The position numbers were made by a program, and so were the translations under genes. A stretch of DNA of 64,000 nt from Cladosporium halotolerans (lineage: Eukaryota): assembly GCF_011745625.1 (NCBI RefSeq), contig NW_027191456.1:186001-250000 (forward strand), in the 5' to 3' direction. Positions 10,206 to 22,310 of this stretch are shown here, piece by piece (position 1 is the stretch's first letter; each line of letters begins with the position of its first letter). The notes beneath the pieces were generated by a model, which was given only the letters and a program-made list of their open reading frames with translations, was not told the origin of the DNA and did not search any database.

Positions 10206-13204
10206 TCACGCGCCAGAGTAAGGCCTCACACCCCTCCTCTCGTCGTCGTCCTCGTCCTCGGGCTCAGGAGGCGGCGGAGGCACGCCCTCGCGCGAGCGGT
10301 AAGGGTTGTTGGTCGACTCGCTGCGGCCGATCTGCGACATCTCGATGGGCGAGGTAGCGGGCTGGACGGGCGGGAGCGGGGACGCGAAACCCGAGCTCTG
10401 GCTGTTGTAGGGGTAGGACTGCGACGCGGACGGGTGGGTGAGGTAGTCGGGGACGGAAGAGTAGGAGCCCTGCTGCGGGCCGGGGTAGTCGCTGTAGGCG
10501 GCGGGCTCGTTGATGGTGGGGATCGAGGGCCCGGACCAGGGCGCGTTGCTGGCCTTGCGCTTGCCGCGCGAGGAGCCGCGGCGCAGGATGCCGCGGACTT
10601 CGTCCAGGGACTGTTGGTCGCGGACGGGGCTGGCGGGGTCGTTGCTGCGGGTGCGGCGGAGGCCGAGCTCGTAGCCCTCGCGGCCGGAGGTCCAGGCCTC
10701 GTCGCGCGCGAAGTCGGTGCCTGGGTTGCGGGCGTTGAGGTCGCTGACGATCTTGCCCTCGCGGCTGGTGAGTCCGGCGCCCATGCCGTCGCCGACGGTG
10801 TCGCTGGAGGCTTCGTCGGTCTTGACGGGTGGGATGAGGCGGGCCTCGTCTCTGGCCTTCTGGGCGACGGCAGCGGCCTCCTTGGCTTCTGCGTCGGTGA
10901 TGGTGACGGAGTAGCCAGGGTTGGCTGCGCTTCCTGCGGCATCTCCGCCTCCGCCGGGGCCATTGATGGGTACGGCCCTGAGAGCAGCGACGAGTGCGCA
11001 CATGAACTTGCTGCGGCGAGCAGCTCTGAGTGTCTCGTTGGCCCAGTTGCCCTTGTGCTTGATCTGGACCTGAATCTCAAGCTTGCTCATGTCTGTTGTG
11101 CCCAGAACCTCGATGTTCACATCCGGATGGAAGTCTCTGCTGTTATCCTTGTCCAGAACGAACTTGTTGATTTCGTCTCGCAGAATTTGAATGTCTTCGA
11201 AGGTTGTATCAAACGACACGAAGACAGAGTGTTCCTCCATCATGGCGCCACTGCGGCTCAAGTTTTCAATAAAAAGGGTGTTGAGGGTAATGTTAGGAAT
11301 CTGCACCAAACCGCCGACCTTTGCGCCATTCGCGCGACGGAAGACGGAGAATAGCAAGCTGATGTGCTCCACCGTGTATTGGTCGGCGCCGACATCGACC
11401 CTGTCGCCAATATCGTACGGGTGCTTGACGAAAAGGAAAATGCAGCTACCAAGCACTTCCTGAGTGGTTGCAGCGAAGACGAAAGAGAGCGAAAGTAGGG
11501 CAGTACCAGCAGTGGCCAGAGTGGTGACAAAGCTCTGGTTGAGGAAAGCCACAAAGACGAAAACGATACCGACGAACACGGCCGCGCACAAGAGACGGTC
11601 CAACACGGTGATAGCCTGATCGACGTCGTGCATGCTGGAGGCAATAGACTTGCGTTCGCGGCTGAATTCCACGACAACATTGATCATCTCGTCCAGAGAG
11701 ATGTCGCCGTTCGCGTCACTGTCGATTGCAACGAAAGCCTCTTCGGCTTGTTGCCTCTTGTCGTTGCCAAGCACCTCGAGGAAGTCGTCTTGCACGAGCG
11801 CATCGCGGCCCTCGACCACGAAAGACATCCAGATGCGGCGTGCCAACGCTTCAGATGTACGCCTCTTCTCGAGAGCTTCGATGACGATTGAGTGCGAGCT
11901 GTTCGAGTTGAACACCTCTCTGCCTGTGATTTCCGAAGCAACATTGCCGACAGCCGCACTGATTTTATCGCCGAAACGATTGACGTTCCTCTGGATCAGA
12001 CGCATGGGAGTCTGGGACCCCGAACGGTTGTGACTGCGCCTCTTGCTACCACCAAACTTCATGTCCAGCTGATCGGCGATAATGGCGTCTTCCTCAGCGA
12101 ATTCCTGGCAGTAAGCAGGAAACATTTGCCTGGATGCATCGTAAAGCTGGCTGAGCAGATAGATGTTCTGCTTCGAAGCCTTGATGCGCGCGGTGAACTG
12201 CTTGCGGTGGTAGTTGATGGAGATAAGTTGAATGATGAGCTTCTCGCCCAGGAAGATTAGCGATGCGACAACGCACGCGCCGAGGATCTGCTGCACGATG
12301 CGCTCCCAATGGTCCATACTCGTTGGGCTCCAGCTCTGATCTGCTGGGATGTTGTCAGGCTTCGGCAAATTGCGTCGAATCGGATTCCGGGTCATGATGG
12401 GCGCGAATGTAGCCAGTGAGGTTACCGCCCACCCGACCAGACTGAGCGGGATCTCCAGAGATCGGATGACCAACGAGTATTTCCTAATGCCCGAGTTGAC
12501 GACTCCGACGAGCAATTGGAACACATAGGGCAGGAAGTGTACAACAGTCTTGGACGCCCAAAGACTGCACCACACAATCTCAACCCAGACGAAAAACCTG
12601 GCTACCGTCAGCGAAACCTTCCAAACCGTCATTCCGAGGCCCATGGCGCACGTCAAGTCGCAGTTCATCACGCTTCGAGGCATCCCTCAAAGCACGCGAC
12701 CAACAACCATTTCACCCCAAAAATATCCCTCACTTACCATCTCAGCCTAACCCTCCCAATAGTTGGATTCTTCGTGATCGGCGGCCCGCCGACAATAATC
12801 GGCACAGCCAAAATCAACGCCAGCGGCGCAACGTAAAGCAGATACCGCGTAACAATGCTGAAGTTCAGAATCTTCTTGTACACCCTGCCCATCGTCGTGA
12901 CCTTGTCCTCCTCGCCATCGTAGCCCAGCGCGCCGGGCTTCTGCAGCGTCGCGGGCCCGCGCCGCCGGCCGCGGAACAGGTGGTGCTTGTGCTCGTCCTG
13001 GACGTCGTCCTTCAGCGGCGCGAAGGCCGGGTTGTCGCTGCGGGCGCCCGGCGGCACGCCGTGCGAGGGCACCTGCTCGAGGGGGATGTCGATGGTCGCG
13101 TCGTTGGGGTGGTGCGCCGCCATGTCGTCGGAGGAGTAGGGGATGGTCTGGTAGCGGTCGCGGGAGAAGCGCTTGTGGATGGATTCTCGGGGCGAGAGTG
13201 GCAT
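10206..13204 (-). CDS. MscS-like mechanosensitive ion channel (Msy1/Msy2 type) with EF-hand; exons 13204-12738 and 12597-10206
   Basis: Multiple TM segments, EF-hand DSDANGDISLDEM and MscS core FLFVKHPYDIGDRV...VEHISLLFSVF. Intron 12598-12737 is GTAAGT..CTGAC..CAG and joins R-W-F-F-V-W. Confidence 0.93.
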
Positions 13205-14391
13205 TTGAGGTGGAGACCCTTGAAGGGCCTAAGCGAGCGGCGGGAGGGTCGGGGGGTTAGACGATTGCTCGGCGGGGTGGTGGTAGGGCAAATTGTGGTG
13301 TTGGCAGGAGGGAATTGGCGGTTGTTTAGTGTGTAGAGTGAAGGTCGGTGGGTGCCGTTTGCTCGCGCGCGGACTGACGTGTCGAGGCAACCCTGGAACA
13401 GCTCGTCGTGAAAAAGGTGGAGCTCGATCACGGGCTGGTAAGCATAGCCGATGTAGCAGGCGAGTGAACGATTGAGTTAATGGGTGCAGCTGCAATGTTC
13501 CAGCAGCTAGTGAACGGAGCTTTCTGCTGGGAACGAGTGTGTATCGATTGAGCATACTATATACCCACACAAACTCGTTTCCCATACATCTTTTCACTAC
13601 TTCACAAGGCCGTGAAGGTCGAACTTCACAGGGCAGGCCTCGGCACTCCGATCGCCGACTAACTTTTCGCAGCAGATCCACGGGCCGAACCCCAGCCTTC
13701 TATCTTTGGATCTGCAGGGGAAACGCGGCCTGACAGCTGCTAGCCCGCGCCCTGGATTTGGCAAAAACATCCAGCGTCTGCGAACTTTATTGTCGATCAA
13801 GAAGTCAGTCTCTCTCAACAGTCGCCTGTACACCTCTTCTCGAGACACCCGCCAACAACGAAACATGCCGCACACTTCGCCTACAGCAGGGGCAAGCTAC
13901 GGCAAGATCACGCACCAATCAGTGCCCGACGGCTCGCTCTGCCCCTGGCGCCGCTGCAGGTCCGCGCGTTGCGGACGCAAGACGTCCATACGCGTGACGT
14001 AGGCGGCGCAGGCCGCTCTCCAACGGCGCCGGCACGCGAAAATTAGGAGTAGGCCGACGAGCCGCTGCGTGGGATAAGCCTTCGGCTCTGAAGACGGTGA
14101 AAGTTTCGAGTTCTACATGTATAGTGCACCGCGCTTAGTTGTCGCGGGTGTACATATCTCCAGGTTGAAGCGTGTAGGCGAGAGGACCCGTAAAGACCAA
14201 GCCGTGCAGACAGTCAGTCAGTCAGCGGGCACGAGTCCCTGGTCTCTGGGACACCACCTCACCTCCCTACCGCTCCGATCCCCCACACCCAGCCTAGGGC
14301 TTGCACAGAGATCATTGCTCGGGCCAAGTGCTCACCGCAAAGCGCTGTGCATCGATCGTGGTGATGACATGATTAATTTTGATTAACGAAT

Positions 14392-17300
14392 CTACAAGAA
14401 AGCGCACCAACCAATGTACATCTGGCACAGGTTCCACGGGTCGACCGCGTCGCGGATGAGGCCGTCGACGTAACCCTCCACGCTCAGCGGCACCGTCTCC
14501 TTCTTGAAGTAGCCCTGCAGCTTCCTCTCCACGCTGTCCAAGATCTCCTGCGGAGTCTCAGGGACGCCCTCGGTGTGCCTCTTCTTCTTGCCCACGAAAT
14601 CCGTCGTGGGGTCGTATAAGAACGTCTCGAGGATAGTGTTGAGCGTGTCCTTGTTCTGCCTAAGCAGGGTGAGCGTCAGTTCCGACGACCGGCGGAAAGG
14701 CCCTTCGTAGCCATAGGGCCCCATGGCGTCGACCATGTTGTGCGTGAGGCGGAAGGGGACGACCTCGGGCTTTTCGAAGGTGCTGCCCTTATCGAACAGG
14801 CAGTTGAAATCGACGTGGAATACGCCGCCGGTGCTTTCTTGCAAGAGAATGTTTTCACCGTGGCGGTCGCCGAGGCCGAGCACGTGGCCGGTCATGGACA
14901 TTACGGCTGCTGTGCGAGCGTAGCGGAGGCGGGCGTTGAACCAGGCGTCGGGCTCAGGATAGACTTCGGTGAACCATTCGTGCAAGCACGCCGGAAACTG
15001 GCTCTGCACCTTCGACGCGAAGATCTCCGCGCCCTCGGATGGCGATCTCTTGCACGCCTCATTAAGGTCGTTTCTGATCTGGGCATAGTTTGGCCTGATG
15101 CCCTTCCGCGAGTAAATTTGCAGGAGGATGTCTCTGACAGGCTTGATGCCCTCCACCCACTCAAGGATACCGGACTCCTCGCTCAGAGGCGTGACCGCGT
15201 ATGTCTTAATGTAGAGGCGGCGCTTGCTCGCCTCGGCATCACGCTTGAGAGCTCTGTTGATGACACCGTTGAATTCCATTAGACGCTGATCTTTACGGAG
15301 ATCGTCTTTCGGCTTACACAGCAGACCATAAGATTTGCCATCAGATCCCCTGACCATGACTTTCTTGGGCCTCTGAAGCGAGCTTAGGACCAGGACGCTG
15401 TCCTCAAAAGACTGAATCGTAATCTTGTCTTGCGCAAAAGCCTTATGCGCGTAGCTGCGAATGCGAATGCTGTCAGCGCCGGTTGGCATACTGGCAGTCA
15501 GCGTCGTCTCCAACGGCACGACCAGACTACAGGGCGCCAGCTTATGGTTGAAACCGAGATCGCGCGAAAGGCTGGCGTGCGACTGTCGAGGCTCCACTGG
15601 CGCCTCGGACGCCTGCAGCAGGCCCTCGGAAAGCCTCTGCCCCGAAGCAATCATCATCCTTAGATCCATGGCGTTGGTATCTTTCGATTTGGATTTCGGG
15701 TCCTTGAGCTTGTTGATGACCTCAACGGCTCTCTCGCGCCGCACACGATCTGAAGCTCGAGAAACAGCAAGCAAGCTCCACAGGGCCTGGCTGGGATAAG
15801 TGGACGCGATCTTCGTGATGACTTGTGACAGCTCCCTCCAGACCTCCGGGTGAGGGTGGCTGATACGTGACAGCATCTGAGGCAAGGCCTGGTAGAAGAT
15901 GTAGGGAGGCACCCTGTCGAAGTACTTCCTCACTTGCTTGTTGCACATCACGAGCGCCCTGGCTCGCTTGTCAAAGGTCTCGTGGCCTTCGTTCTTATCA
16001 CGTTTGACGGTCGTGAGCCCAAGGTCGAGCCAGAGAGTCAGAATCTTCGGGATGGTCTCGTGCCAGTACTTGTTGCCAAACGGTACTGACCGCAACAGGT
16101 TTTCCAACACCAGGCGTGGGAGTTCTCCACACAACAATTGCGAGCTCTGCTTCGACTTCGGCTGCATCTTCTCGACATCGAGCAACTTGTTGTAGTGTTT
16201 GCCGAGGTAGTAGTGTCCTTTCTCCCAACGCTGGAACGTCTTTGCAGCGTACTGGTACTTCGCAGTCATGTCCTTGGTCTGAGTCTGACCGGAAGCGTCC
16301 AGCCACTTGGCCAGGAGAAGATGTGCCTTGGCCAGCAGCATGTTCTGCGGCAGTCCCTCCTGCGCGGCACCTTTCGAATTCACACTCTCGGCCTCAACAA
16401 CTTGTGTGTCATCGTCGAACACCTTCGACTTGATAGCGCCCTCGAGGGCAGAAATGGCTTGCCTGTTGTGCCCATCACGCCAAAGCAAGCGCGCTTCTTC
16501 GAGCTTGGCCGCTTTGTCACCATACTCGTAAGCCTGTAGCACTGCGTTGTAAGCGGCCTCGGTGTTGCCGGCTTTACGAGCAAGTCTGGCTGTCGTCAGC
16601 CAAAGAGCGCCCATTTGCCGCTGGTCGAATGTCTTGTGAGATTGGAACATGGCACGCCGTATGCCGAGGATGCTCTGCTTGTCCGATATGTACGAGCCAA
16701 CAGCACCGAGTCGTTTATCAAGCCGTTCAAAAAGCTCTTTCATAGAATCAGGCGTCTCGTCTCCCTTGCAACGGAGCGCTTCGATCTCGCTCAGGATGTG
16801 TAGACGCCGCAGCTCAGTGTGACAGCCATGTAGCGAGCTTCCACTGGCAGCAGACATGCCCGTAGCGACAGACTTCCGCATAGAAGTGACGCATTCCACG
16901 ACAGCTTCTGGCCCGGCGAGACTGTTGGCTTTGATGGCCCTGCCAATGCCAACATTGAAGTCGTCGGCCATCTCCTCTGCAGCTAATTCCAACTGTCTAG
17001 TCAGACTAGCCATGTCTCCTGTCATGTAGCAAGCCTCAACGGCCGAAGGTAAGAGAACCGTGAGAGAGGACCTGGATTGTCCTATAGACGGCCCAACAGC
17101 CATGAAACTGTCAGCATATCGTAAGAGCGGAGCGTAGCGTCCAGTCTCGCGCAGACACTGCAACAGGCTTGTCTGCAATTCCTCGTTCTGTGGCTGCTCG
17201 GCCAGCTGCAGCTCATACCAGGCTTGAGCCGCGGTCCATCGGCCGGACCTCGCATGTAGCGTGGCCTGCTGTTCATCTGACAGGATCGTCAAGTGCGCCG

Positions 17301-20300
17301 AGATGCCTTCCAAACCGTCTGGCTCATCGATCTGCGCGTAGATGTCTATTAGGCGATCATTCATCTCGTCACTGTTGGAGTCGGTAGATGCCACAGGGAT
17401 CAATGGTCGTGATTGGCGGATGTACTGTTCCCAGTTGAACAAGGCTCTAGCATAGGTCCCGCACTCCATAGCCCGTGTCGCAACGAGATCCGCGGGAATC
17501 GCAGCGAGGAACCGCTCGATCGTCTCAATTTGACCTTGATCCTTGACTTCGTTGAAGTCATCTGGTGAGTGGCCAGTCCGGTAAGCGGTGGCCCGCGTGT
17601 CCGCGAGGGACTTCTTCTTCTCCCGCAGCCATATGGACATGTAATCCAAGGTGTTGAAGACACTCTCGCTGCAGAGACGAATCGTCTCTGCTTCTATAGC
17701 GTTGGTGGACTGGTCTTTCAAGACGGCTGATATCTCGTCCTGAATGCCTTTTGTCTCAGAGACGGTGCCTCCGAGCACGACATTAGTCAGGGCGTATGGT
17801 AACAGGAACGACGCGATGGTGAGGTCGTGTCCACGAATGATGCGAGCCAGTAATGGGAACACCATCTGAGGATTGTCGCCTTTGGCTTTCCACATCAGGT
17901 CGAACACCAACCCTCTCAGCCAGGACGAATGATCCGTCTCACGGGAAAAGCTAGGGTAGGACCGATTCGGCTGAGTGATCGCAGTTGTGCTCGTCACATG
18001 GTATCTCGACGTCAAGAACGGAGTGAGCGTGGTCCGGACGTGCTCAGGCATATCTTGCCAGCGCTGAACGGTTGTGGTCCCCTGCGTCGCTCTCGGCCTG
18101 AGCGCAGTGGTTTCAGTGAAACCGCAAAACCGCAGCAGCTCCTGCATCACGTATGCAAGAAAGCCTTGCGCACGAGCATTGCTCACAGATTTGAATGCCT
18201 TCACGAGCACGTTTTCCAGAAGAACAATCACCCACTCGACAGTCTCGCCGGCCTTCTCAAAATTGGACATGACCATCAGGGGCTTCTTGAGCTTGGAAGC
18301 GTCGATGCGGTTCGGGTCGAGACATCCCACAAGTCCGAGACACCTGCCGCACAAGTCCGCCGCCTCGTCACTCTGATTAGCCATGACAGCAGTAGCGTCG
18401 AGCAATGACCGCATGAGATCCGAAAGCCACTGTTCTGGCTGTTCGCTGACAGCAGCGTCGTGAATGAGGCCCTGGTGAGTCTCGAGAAAGGGAACGAGCT
18501 CTCGCAACGCTTGAGCAACCACAATCGGACTCTCGCCCTTGAGCCGCTTTGAGAAGGCTTTGAACTCGCCCTCGGGGGTCTCCAGGCTCTGTAGGCGTTC
18601 AATTTCAGCGCCAAACTTCGATAGTAGAGGTATACCTGATAAAGAGGGCAGTGTCATGACGATCTCATTGATCGTTGTGTTGTGATCCTTGATCATCTCG
18701 GCGATACGGGTGTGGGTGAGCTGCTGCAACTCAGGTGAAAACTTGTCCCAATACTTGATGATGAGCGCGAACGTTTGATCAGCGATGAGTGCGATATCTT
18801 CGCTTTCCAGAGCCGGAAGCAGAGAGAGCCATGCCGACCAGGCTATCTCGCACAGATCTGGTCGTTCGACTGCAGACTGCAGACACGCGCGGATTTGCGG
18901 AAGGGCAATCGTGATAGCGTCTTTGGCCAGGAGAATCATCTCGGATATGCCTCGAAGGCATTTGATTTTGCTCCCCGTCGTGTGGACATCTAGAGCTGAG
19001 GCAAGCACCTCTGAGAATTTCGTCATGATGCCGAGGACATGCGTTTCAAAGAAGGAGGCTAGTGTCTTGTTGATCTTAGAATGGGCCTTACGTTGCCCAG
19101 GCTGCCTCTCAGCTAGATTTGCAAGGTTGTTGAAGGCCTGGTATGCTCTCGATTTCTTGTCTTCTGGCTGCTCGCCGATGAACTTGAGCAACTCACACGC
19201 GAGATGGGTAGGATCGGTCTTGACAAGCGCGGCGAGGTCGGTCCCTTCGAAGGCTGGGGCGACAGCTGTCAAACACTGCAGAGCAGCCTCTTCGACCTCC
19301 AGGACGGGCTGCGACAGCAGAAGTGCCAAAATAGCTGTTGTGTTAGCTGTTGGCTGCAGACAGACGTCGTGTACTGAGGCATCCCTTCCTCTAGCTGTCG
19401 CTAATCGTTGCACGATGTCCCTCTTCCGGTGTAAGACGAGCGCCGGTATTGTGTGTCGCTCGGTCATGTTCAAGAATTGGTTTACGTTGAGTCCTAGAAG
19501 ACCGCAAAGCTGTTGTATCTTCTGTGGACGTATCTGCATTTCCAAGACAGCAGACACGGCGATGGAGGGCCAGTACGGAGTGAAGAGCTTCGTAACAGTC
19601 AGACCTTTATTCTGCGCAATAGCATCAATTTCAGAGAACGCAAGACCGCAGACCAAGGGATTTGTGTGGCCAAGCAGATCGACGAGTTGCAAAAGAGCCA
19701 GGTTCAGCTCCCCATCACTGCTAATCATTGCCACTGAGCCCCAAGCTGCGATCAAGGTCTCCAGCTCGCTTGTGACATTCCGGTCAGACAGGGTACGAAG
19801 GCACTGGAAAGCAATTTGCCTGTTTCTCGCTAGCAATGCTGCAGGGAGCTCGTTACGAAGGAAGGCAGGCAGACATCGGCCAGCAGCCAGCCGAAGCTCG
19901 CGCAAAGAGCTTTGCAAAGATCTCAAGCAATATTGCCCGGGTCGTGAAGTGCCAAGATCAAGGAAAGAGGCCTCTGTGGTGTGCGCGAGACACGCTTGGA
20001 CGGTGCTCATTGAGATGACACGTAGCACCTTGCTCTTCTGTAGCTCGGGAGAGTCAACCAATTGTGCGATGGTTGGCAGCAGTATATCCTGATGTTGACC
20101 AATTGTAGCAAGCTCCGCAATGATTGACCACACGATTTCCTGCTTGTTTATGTCCAGTCTAGCATACGATTCAAGTGCATTTCGAGGGATTGAAGAGAGA
20201 TCGTGTGCCGCAAAGAGCTTCATAAATTTCTCCTGGAGCTGCTCACCGCGATCGCCACCATCTACCGGCGTGACCTTGCGCCGTTTGCGTGAGCTGACCT

Positions 20301-21579
20301 CGGCGGATGGAACCTTTCTGGCATTCATTAGACTTTGGCAAGTCAACAGAAAGGTGTTAGTCGTCACAAAGCAATCATCGGTCAGTGCCCTAGCAAGCGG
20401 CTGTAACGGCCCTGGCATCGAGTTTGGCGGGAGAAGAAGGTCGATCCAGACGCCGAGCACACCCTTGAGCTCATCGATAAGCTCGTCGCAGCGGTGACAG
20501 TCTCCTAGATCAAAAACTGCAGGCAGCAAGTATTCCGTTGCCGCACTGTTCTGATGGAATACTTTCAGCAGTGCGTCTGATGCAGCAAGCTGGACCTTGT
20601 GTGGCATTTTGATCTGCTGTGCGTCCACTAGAAATGAGCGTAGTAATTGCAAGAGAGGTGCTTGCTTGAGGCGGGTGATCAGTGTCGCAGCGATATTTTC
20701 CCAGGCGCCAGATTTGTTCAGCGATGGGCGCATTTGCATCACTAGCCGCTGGGTTCTCAGTTGGGCGTCTTCCAGCCATCTCGGAGCATTGCAATCCACA
20801 TTGGTCAATGCGAGGATGAGACCGAAGGCACCTTCGATTGTCGGGAGCCGCGTCTGGCAATCGTGAGGTAACGCAATAGCATTTCCACTCTCGGGCCAAA
20901 GTTTCGATATCCAGCGTGCGGGAGGCAGCGTGATGGCAAGATCCTGAGCTGGTGTGCCATGACCTTCCAGCGCGGCGAGGGTATCATTGACACAATCTCG
21001 GACGAGTTCTCGGATCACGTCGGCAAACCGCCAGAGTCTGATAGATTTTTCCAGAGCAATGATAGCAGAGGCGATTAGTCCGTCGATGGGCAGTCCCTCT
21101 AGCTTTGGGCGTCCACATAGCGCAAAGAGCCGAGCAAGTAGCCAAAGCACGAGTGGCGGCCCGTCTTGACTGACAGGGGCGAAAAGAACATCAGCCTGCC
21201 TAACGATCGTAGCCTCGACGACAGCCAGACTATCTTTCGCCTGCGGCACTAGCACATCCAGCAGTGCAAAAGGATCATCCCGAGCAAGAACAGATAAGCC
21301 TGCTTCAACGACGACGCTGATAAGTTGGACATTGACGCCAATATCGGTCTCGGGCGTAGCAGTAGGATTGTGCAGAATCTCATGTAAAAGTCCGGCAAAA
21401 GTAGCTTTCTCGCCACTGTGTTGGCTGGCTCGCGTGGTCGTCTGGTTCTGGACGATTTGCGCTGCTAAAGTCGAGGTTGGCGGCGCTTCGCCATTCGTAT
21501 GAGCGCCATTAGTTCGAGGGCCTCTCACGGCTGCGCCGTCGGTGTTCGCCCTGTTGAGCGTGGAGGCCGGTCGTGCCAT
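14392..21579 (-). CDS. MEC1: PIKK checkpoint kinase ATR/Mec1/Rad3 (~2395 aa, intronless)
   Basis: HEAT/UME and FAT regions; kinase motifs LCKPKDDLRKDQRLMEF, LGLGDRHGENIL, HVDFNCLF, PEVVPFRLTHNM; FATC end MYIGWCAFL. First in-frame ATG at 21579. Confidence 0.96.
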   Translation of the reverse strand: MARPASTLNRANTDGAAVRGPRTNGAHTNGEAPPTSTLAAQIVQNQTTTRASQHSGEKATFAGLLHEILHNPTATPETDIGVNVQLISVVVEAGLSVLARDDPFALLDVLVPQAKDSLAVVEATIVRQADVLFAPVSQDGPPLVLWLLARLFALCGRPKLEGLPIDGLIASAIIALEKSIRLWRFADVIRELVRDCVNDTLAALEGHGTPAQDLAITLPPARWISKLWPESGNAIALPHDCQTRLPTIEGAFGLILALTNVDCNAPRWLEDAQLRTQRLVMQMRPSLNKSGAWENIAATLITRLKQAPLLQLLRSFLVDAQQIKMPHKVQLAASDALLKVFHQNSAATEYLLPAVFDLGDCHRCDELIDELKGVLGVWIDLLLPPNSMPGPLQPLARALTDDCFVTTNTFLLTCQSLMNARKVPSAEVSSRKRRKVTPVDGGDRGEQLQEKFMKLFAAHDLSSIPRNALESYARLDINKQEIVWSIIAELATIGQHQDILLPTIAQLVDSPELQKSKVLRVISMSTVQACLAHTTEASFLDLGTSRPGQYCLRSLQSSLRELRLAAGRCLPAFLRNELPAALLARNRQIAFQCLRTLSDRNVTSELETLIAAWGSVAMISSDGELNLALLQLVDLLGHTNPLVCGLAFSEIDAIAQNKGLTVTKLFTPYWPSIAVSAVLEMQIRPQKIQQLCGLLGLNVNQFLNMTERHTIPALVLHRKRDIVQRLATARGRDASVHDVCLQPTANTTAILALLLSQPVLEVEEAALQCLTAVAPAFEGTDLAALVKTDPTHLACELLKFIGEQPEDKKSRAYQAFNNLANLAERQPGQRKAHSKINKTLASFFETHVLGIMTKFSEVLASALDVHTTGSKIKCLRGISEMILLAKDAITIALPQIRACLQSAVERPDLCEIAWSAWLSLLPALESEDIALIADQTFALIIKYWDKFSPELQQLTHTRIAEMIKDHNTTINEIVMTLPSLSGIPLLSKFGAEIERLQSLETPEGEFKAFSKRLKGESPIVVAQALRELVPFLETHQGLIHDAAVSEQPEQWLSDLMRSLLDATAVMANQSDEAADLCGRCLGLVGCLDPNRIDASKLKKPLMVMSNFEKAGETVEWVIVLLENVLVKAFKSVSNARAQGFLAYVMQELLRFCGFTETTALRPRATQGTTTVQRWQDMPEHVRTTLTPFLTSRYHVTSTTAITQPNRSYPSFSRETDHSSWLRGLVFDLMWKAKGDNPQMVFPLLARIIRGHDLTIASFLLPYALTNVVLGGTVSETKGIQDEISAVLKDQSTNAIEAETIRLCSESVFNTLDYMSIWLREKKKSLADTRATAYRTGHSPDDFNEVKDQGQIETIERFLAAIPADLVATRAMECGTYARALFNWEQYIRQSRPLIPVASTDSNSDEMNDRLIDIYAQIDEPDGLEGISAHLTILSDEQQATLHARSGRWTAAQAWYELQLAEQPQNEELQTSLLQCLRETGRYAPLLRYADSFMAVGPSIGQSRSSLTVLLPSAVEACYMTGDMASLTRQLELAAEEMADDFNVGIGRAIKANSLAGPEAVVECVTSMRKSVATGMSAASGSSLHGCHTELRRLHILSEIEALRCKGDETPDSMKELFERLDKRLGAVGSYISDKQSILGIRRAMFQSHKTFDQRQMGALWLTTARLARKAGNTEAAYNAVLQAYEYGDKAAKLEEARLLWRDGHNRQAISALEGAIKSKVFDDDTQVVEAESVNSKGAAQEGLPQNMLLAKAHLLLAKWLDASGQTQTKDMTAKYQYAAKTFQRWEKGHYYLGKHYNKLLDVEKMQPKSKQSSQLLCGELPRLVLENLLRSVPFGNKYWHETIPKILTLWLDLGLTTVKRDKNEGHETFDKRARALVMCNKQVRKYFDRVPPYIFYQALPQMLSRISHPHPEVWRELSQVITKIASTYPSQALWSLLAVSRASDRVRRERAVEVINKLKDPKSKSKDTNAMDLRMMIASGQRLSEGLLQASEAPVEPRQSHASLSRDLGFNHKLAPCSLVVPLETTLTASMPTGADSIRIRSYAHKAFAQDKITIQSFEDSVLVLSSLQRPKKVMVRGSDGKSYGLLCKPKDDLRKDQRLMEFNGVINRALKRDAEASKRRLYIKTYAVTPLSEESGILEWVEGIKPVRDILLQIYSRKGIRPNYAQIRNDLNEACKRSPSEGAEIFASKVQSQFPACLHEWFTEVYPEPDAWFNARLRYARTAAVMSMTGHVLGLGDRHGENILLQESTGGVFHVDFNCLFDKGSTFEKPEVVPFRLTHNMVDAMGPYGYEGPFRRSSELTLTLLRQNKDTLNTILETFLYDPTTDFVGKKKRHTEGVPETPQEILDSVERKLQGYFKKETVPLSVEGYVDGLIRDAVDPWNLCQMYIGWCAFL

Positions 21580-21894
21580 GCTTTTGACATCCTGGCCGCT
21601 TCTTGTGCACGTCCAGAAGGTTGCGATCAGATCTTCAATATTCCAGAGGCGATGCAGAGACGCCTGATCCGGGCTTCGATATAAAGTCAAACCGCGAACG
21701 CGCGCCGAATCCCCGCGCGAGCACGTGACTCCCAGTGACCTCACATTTCGAGATCCAGACTTCCGCGGTCGATGCCTCGAGGACCGAACGAATGTAGACT
21801 CCCGGCTTCAGCAACCACTCGACCAACTGACGCCGAAACCAATACTTCCCGACCTCTCACACCGGTCCTCGCGACCCCTCCCCAACCCCAAAAA

Positions 21895-22310
21895 ATGCCC
21901 ACCTTCAGCTCAAAAAAATACCGCCCGGCAAGCTACGACAACACGCTTCCCGCCCGCTACCGCGCCGCGCTCGCCCGACACCCCTTCGCGCTCTTCGGGC
22001 TGCCCTTCGTCGCGACAATGCTGCTGGGCAGCTTCTTCCTGACGCCAGCGACGGCGCTGCGGTACGAGCGGCACGACCGCAAAGTGAAGACGATGACGGA
22101 GGACGAGAAGCTGGGGATCGGGAAGGACAGGCGGCGAATCGACATGAAGGAGGAGTATTATGTGAGTTTGGCTTGGGATGTAGAGGGGGTTGTTTTCTCG
22201 GCGGAGATGTGCTGACTATTTTGCAACAGAAACTCGCGGCGAAGGATCTGGACAACTGGGAGCAGAAGCGGGTTAAGAGGTTGCCTGGCGAGCATGACGG
22301 AGTGCTCTGA
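21895..22310 (+). CDS. COX16: Cytochrome c oxidase assembly factor Cox16; exons 21895-22161 and 22230-22310
   Basis: MPTFSSKK...HPFALFGLPFVATMLLGSFFLTPATALRYERHDRK...DMKEEYY|KLAAKDLDNWEQKRVKRLPGE. Intron GTGAGT..CTGAC..CAG. Confidence 0.93.

Noticed and set aside
12610..12672. Box C (GTGATGA) and CTGA in the 140-nt MscS intron, suggesting a C/D snoRNA
   Set aside because: The CTGA is the branch point itself, there is no terminal stem outside the boxes, and I recognised no rRNA guide.
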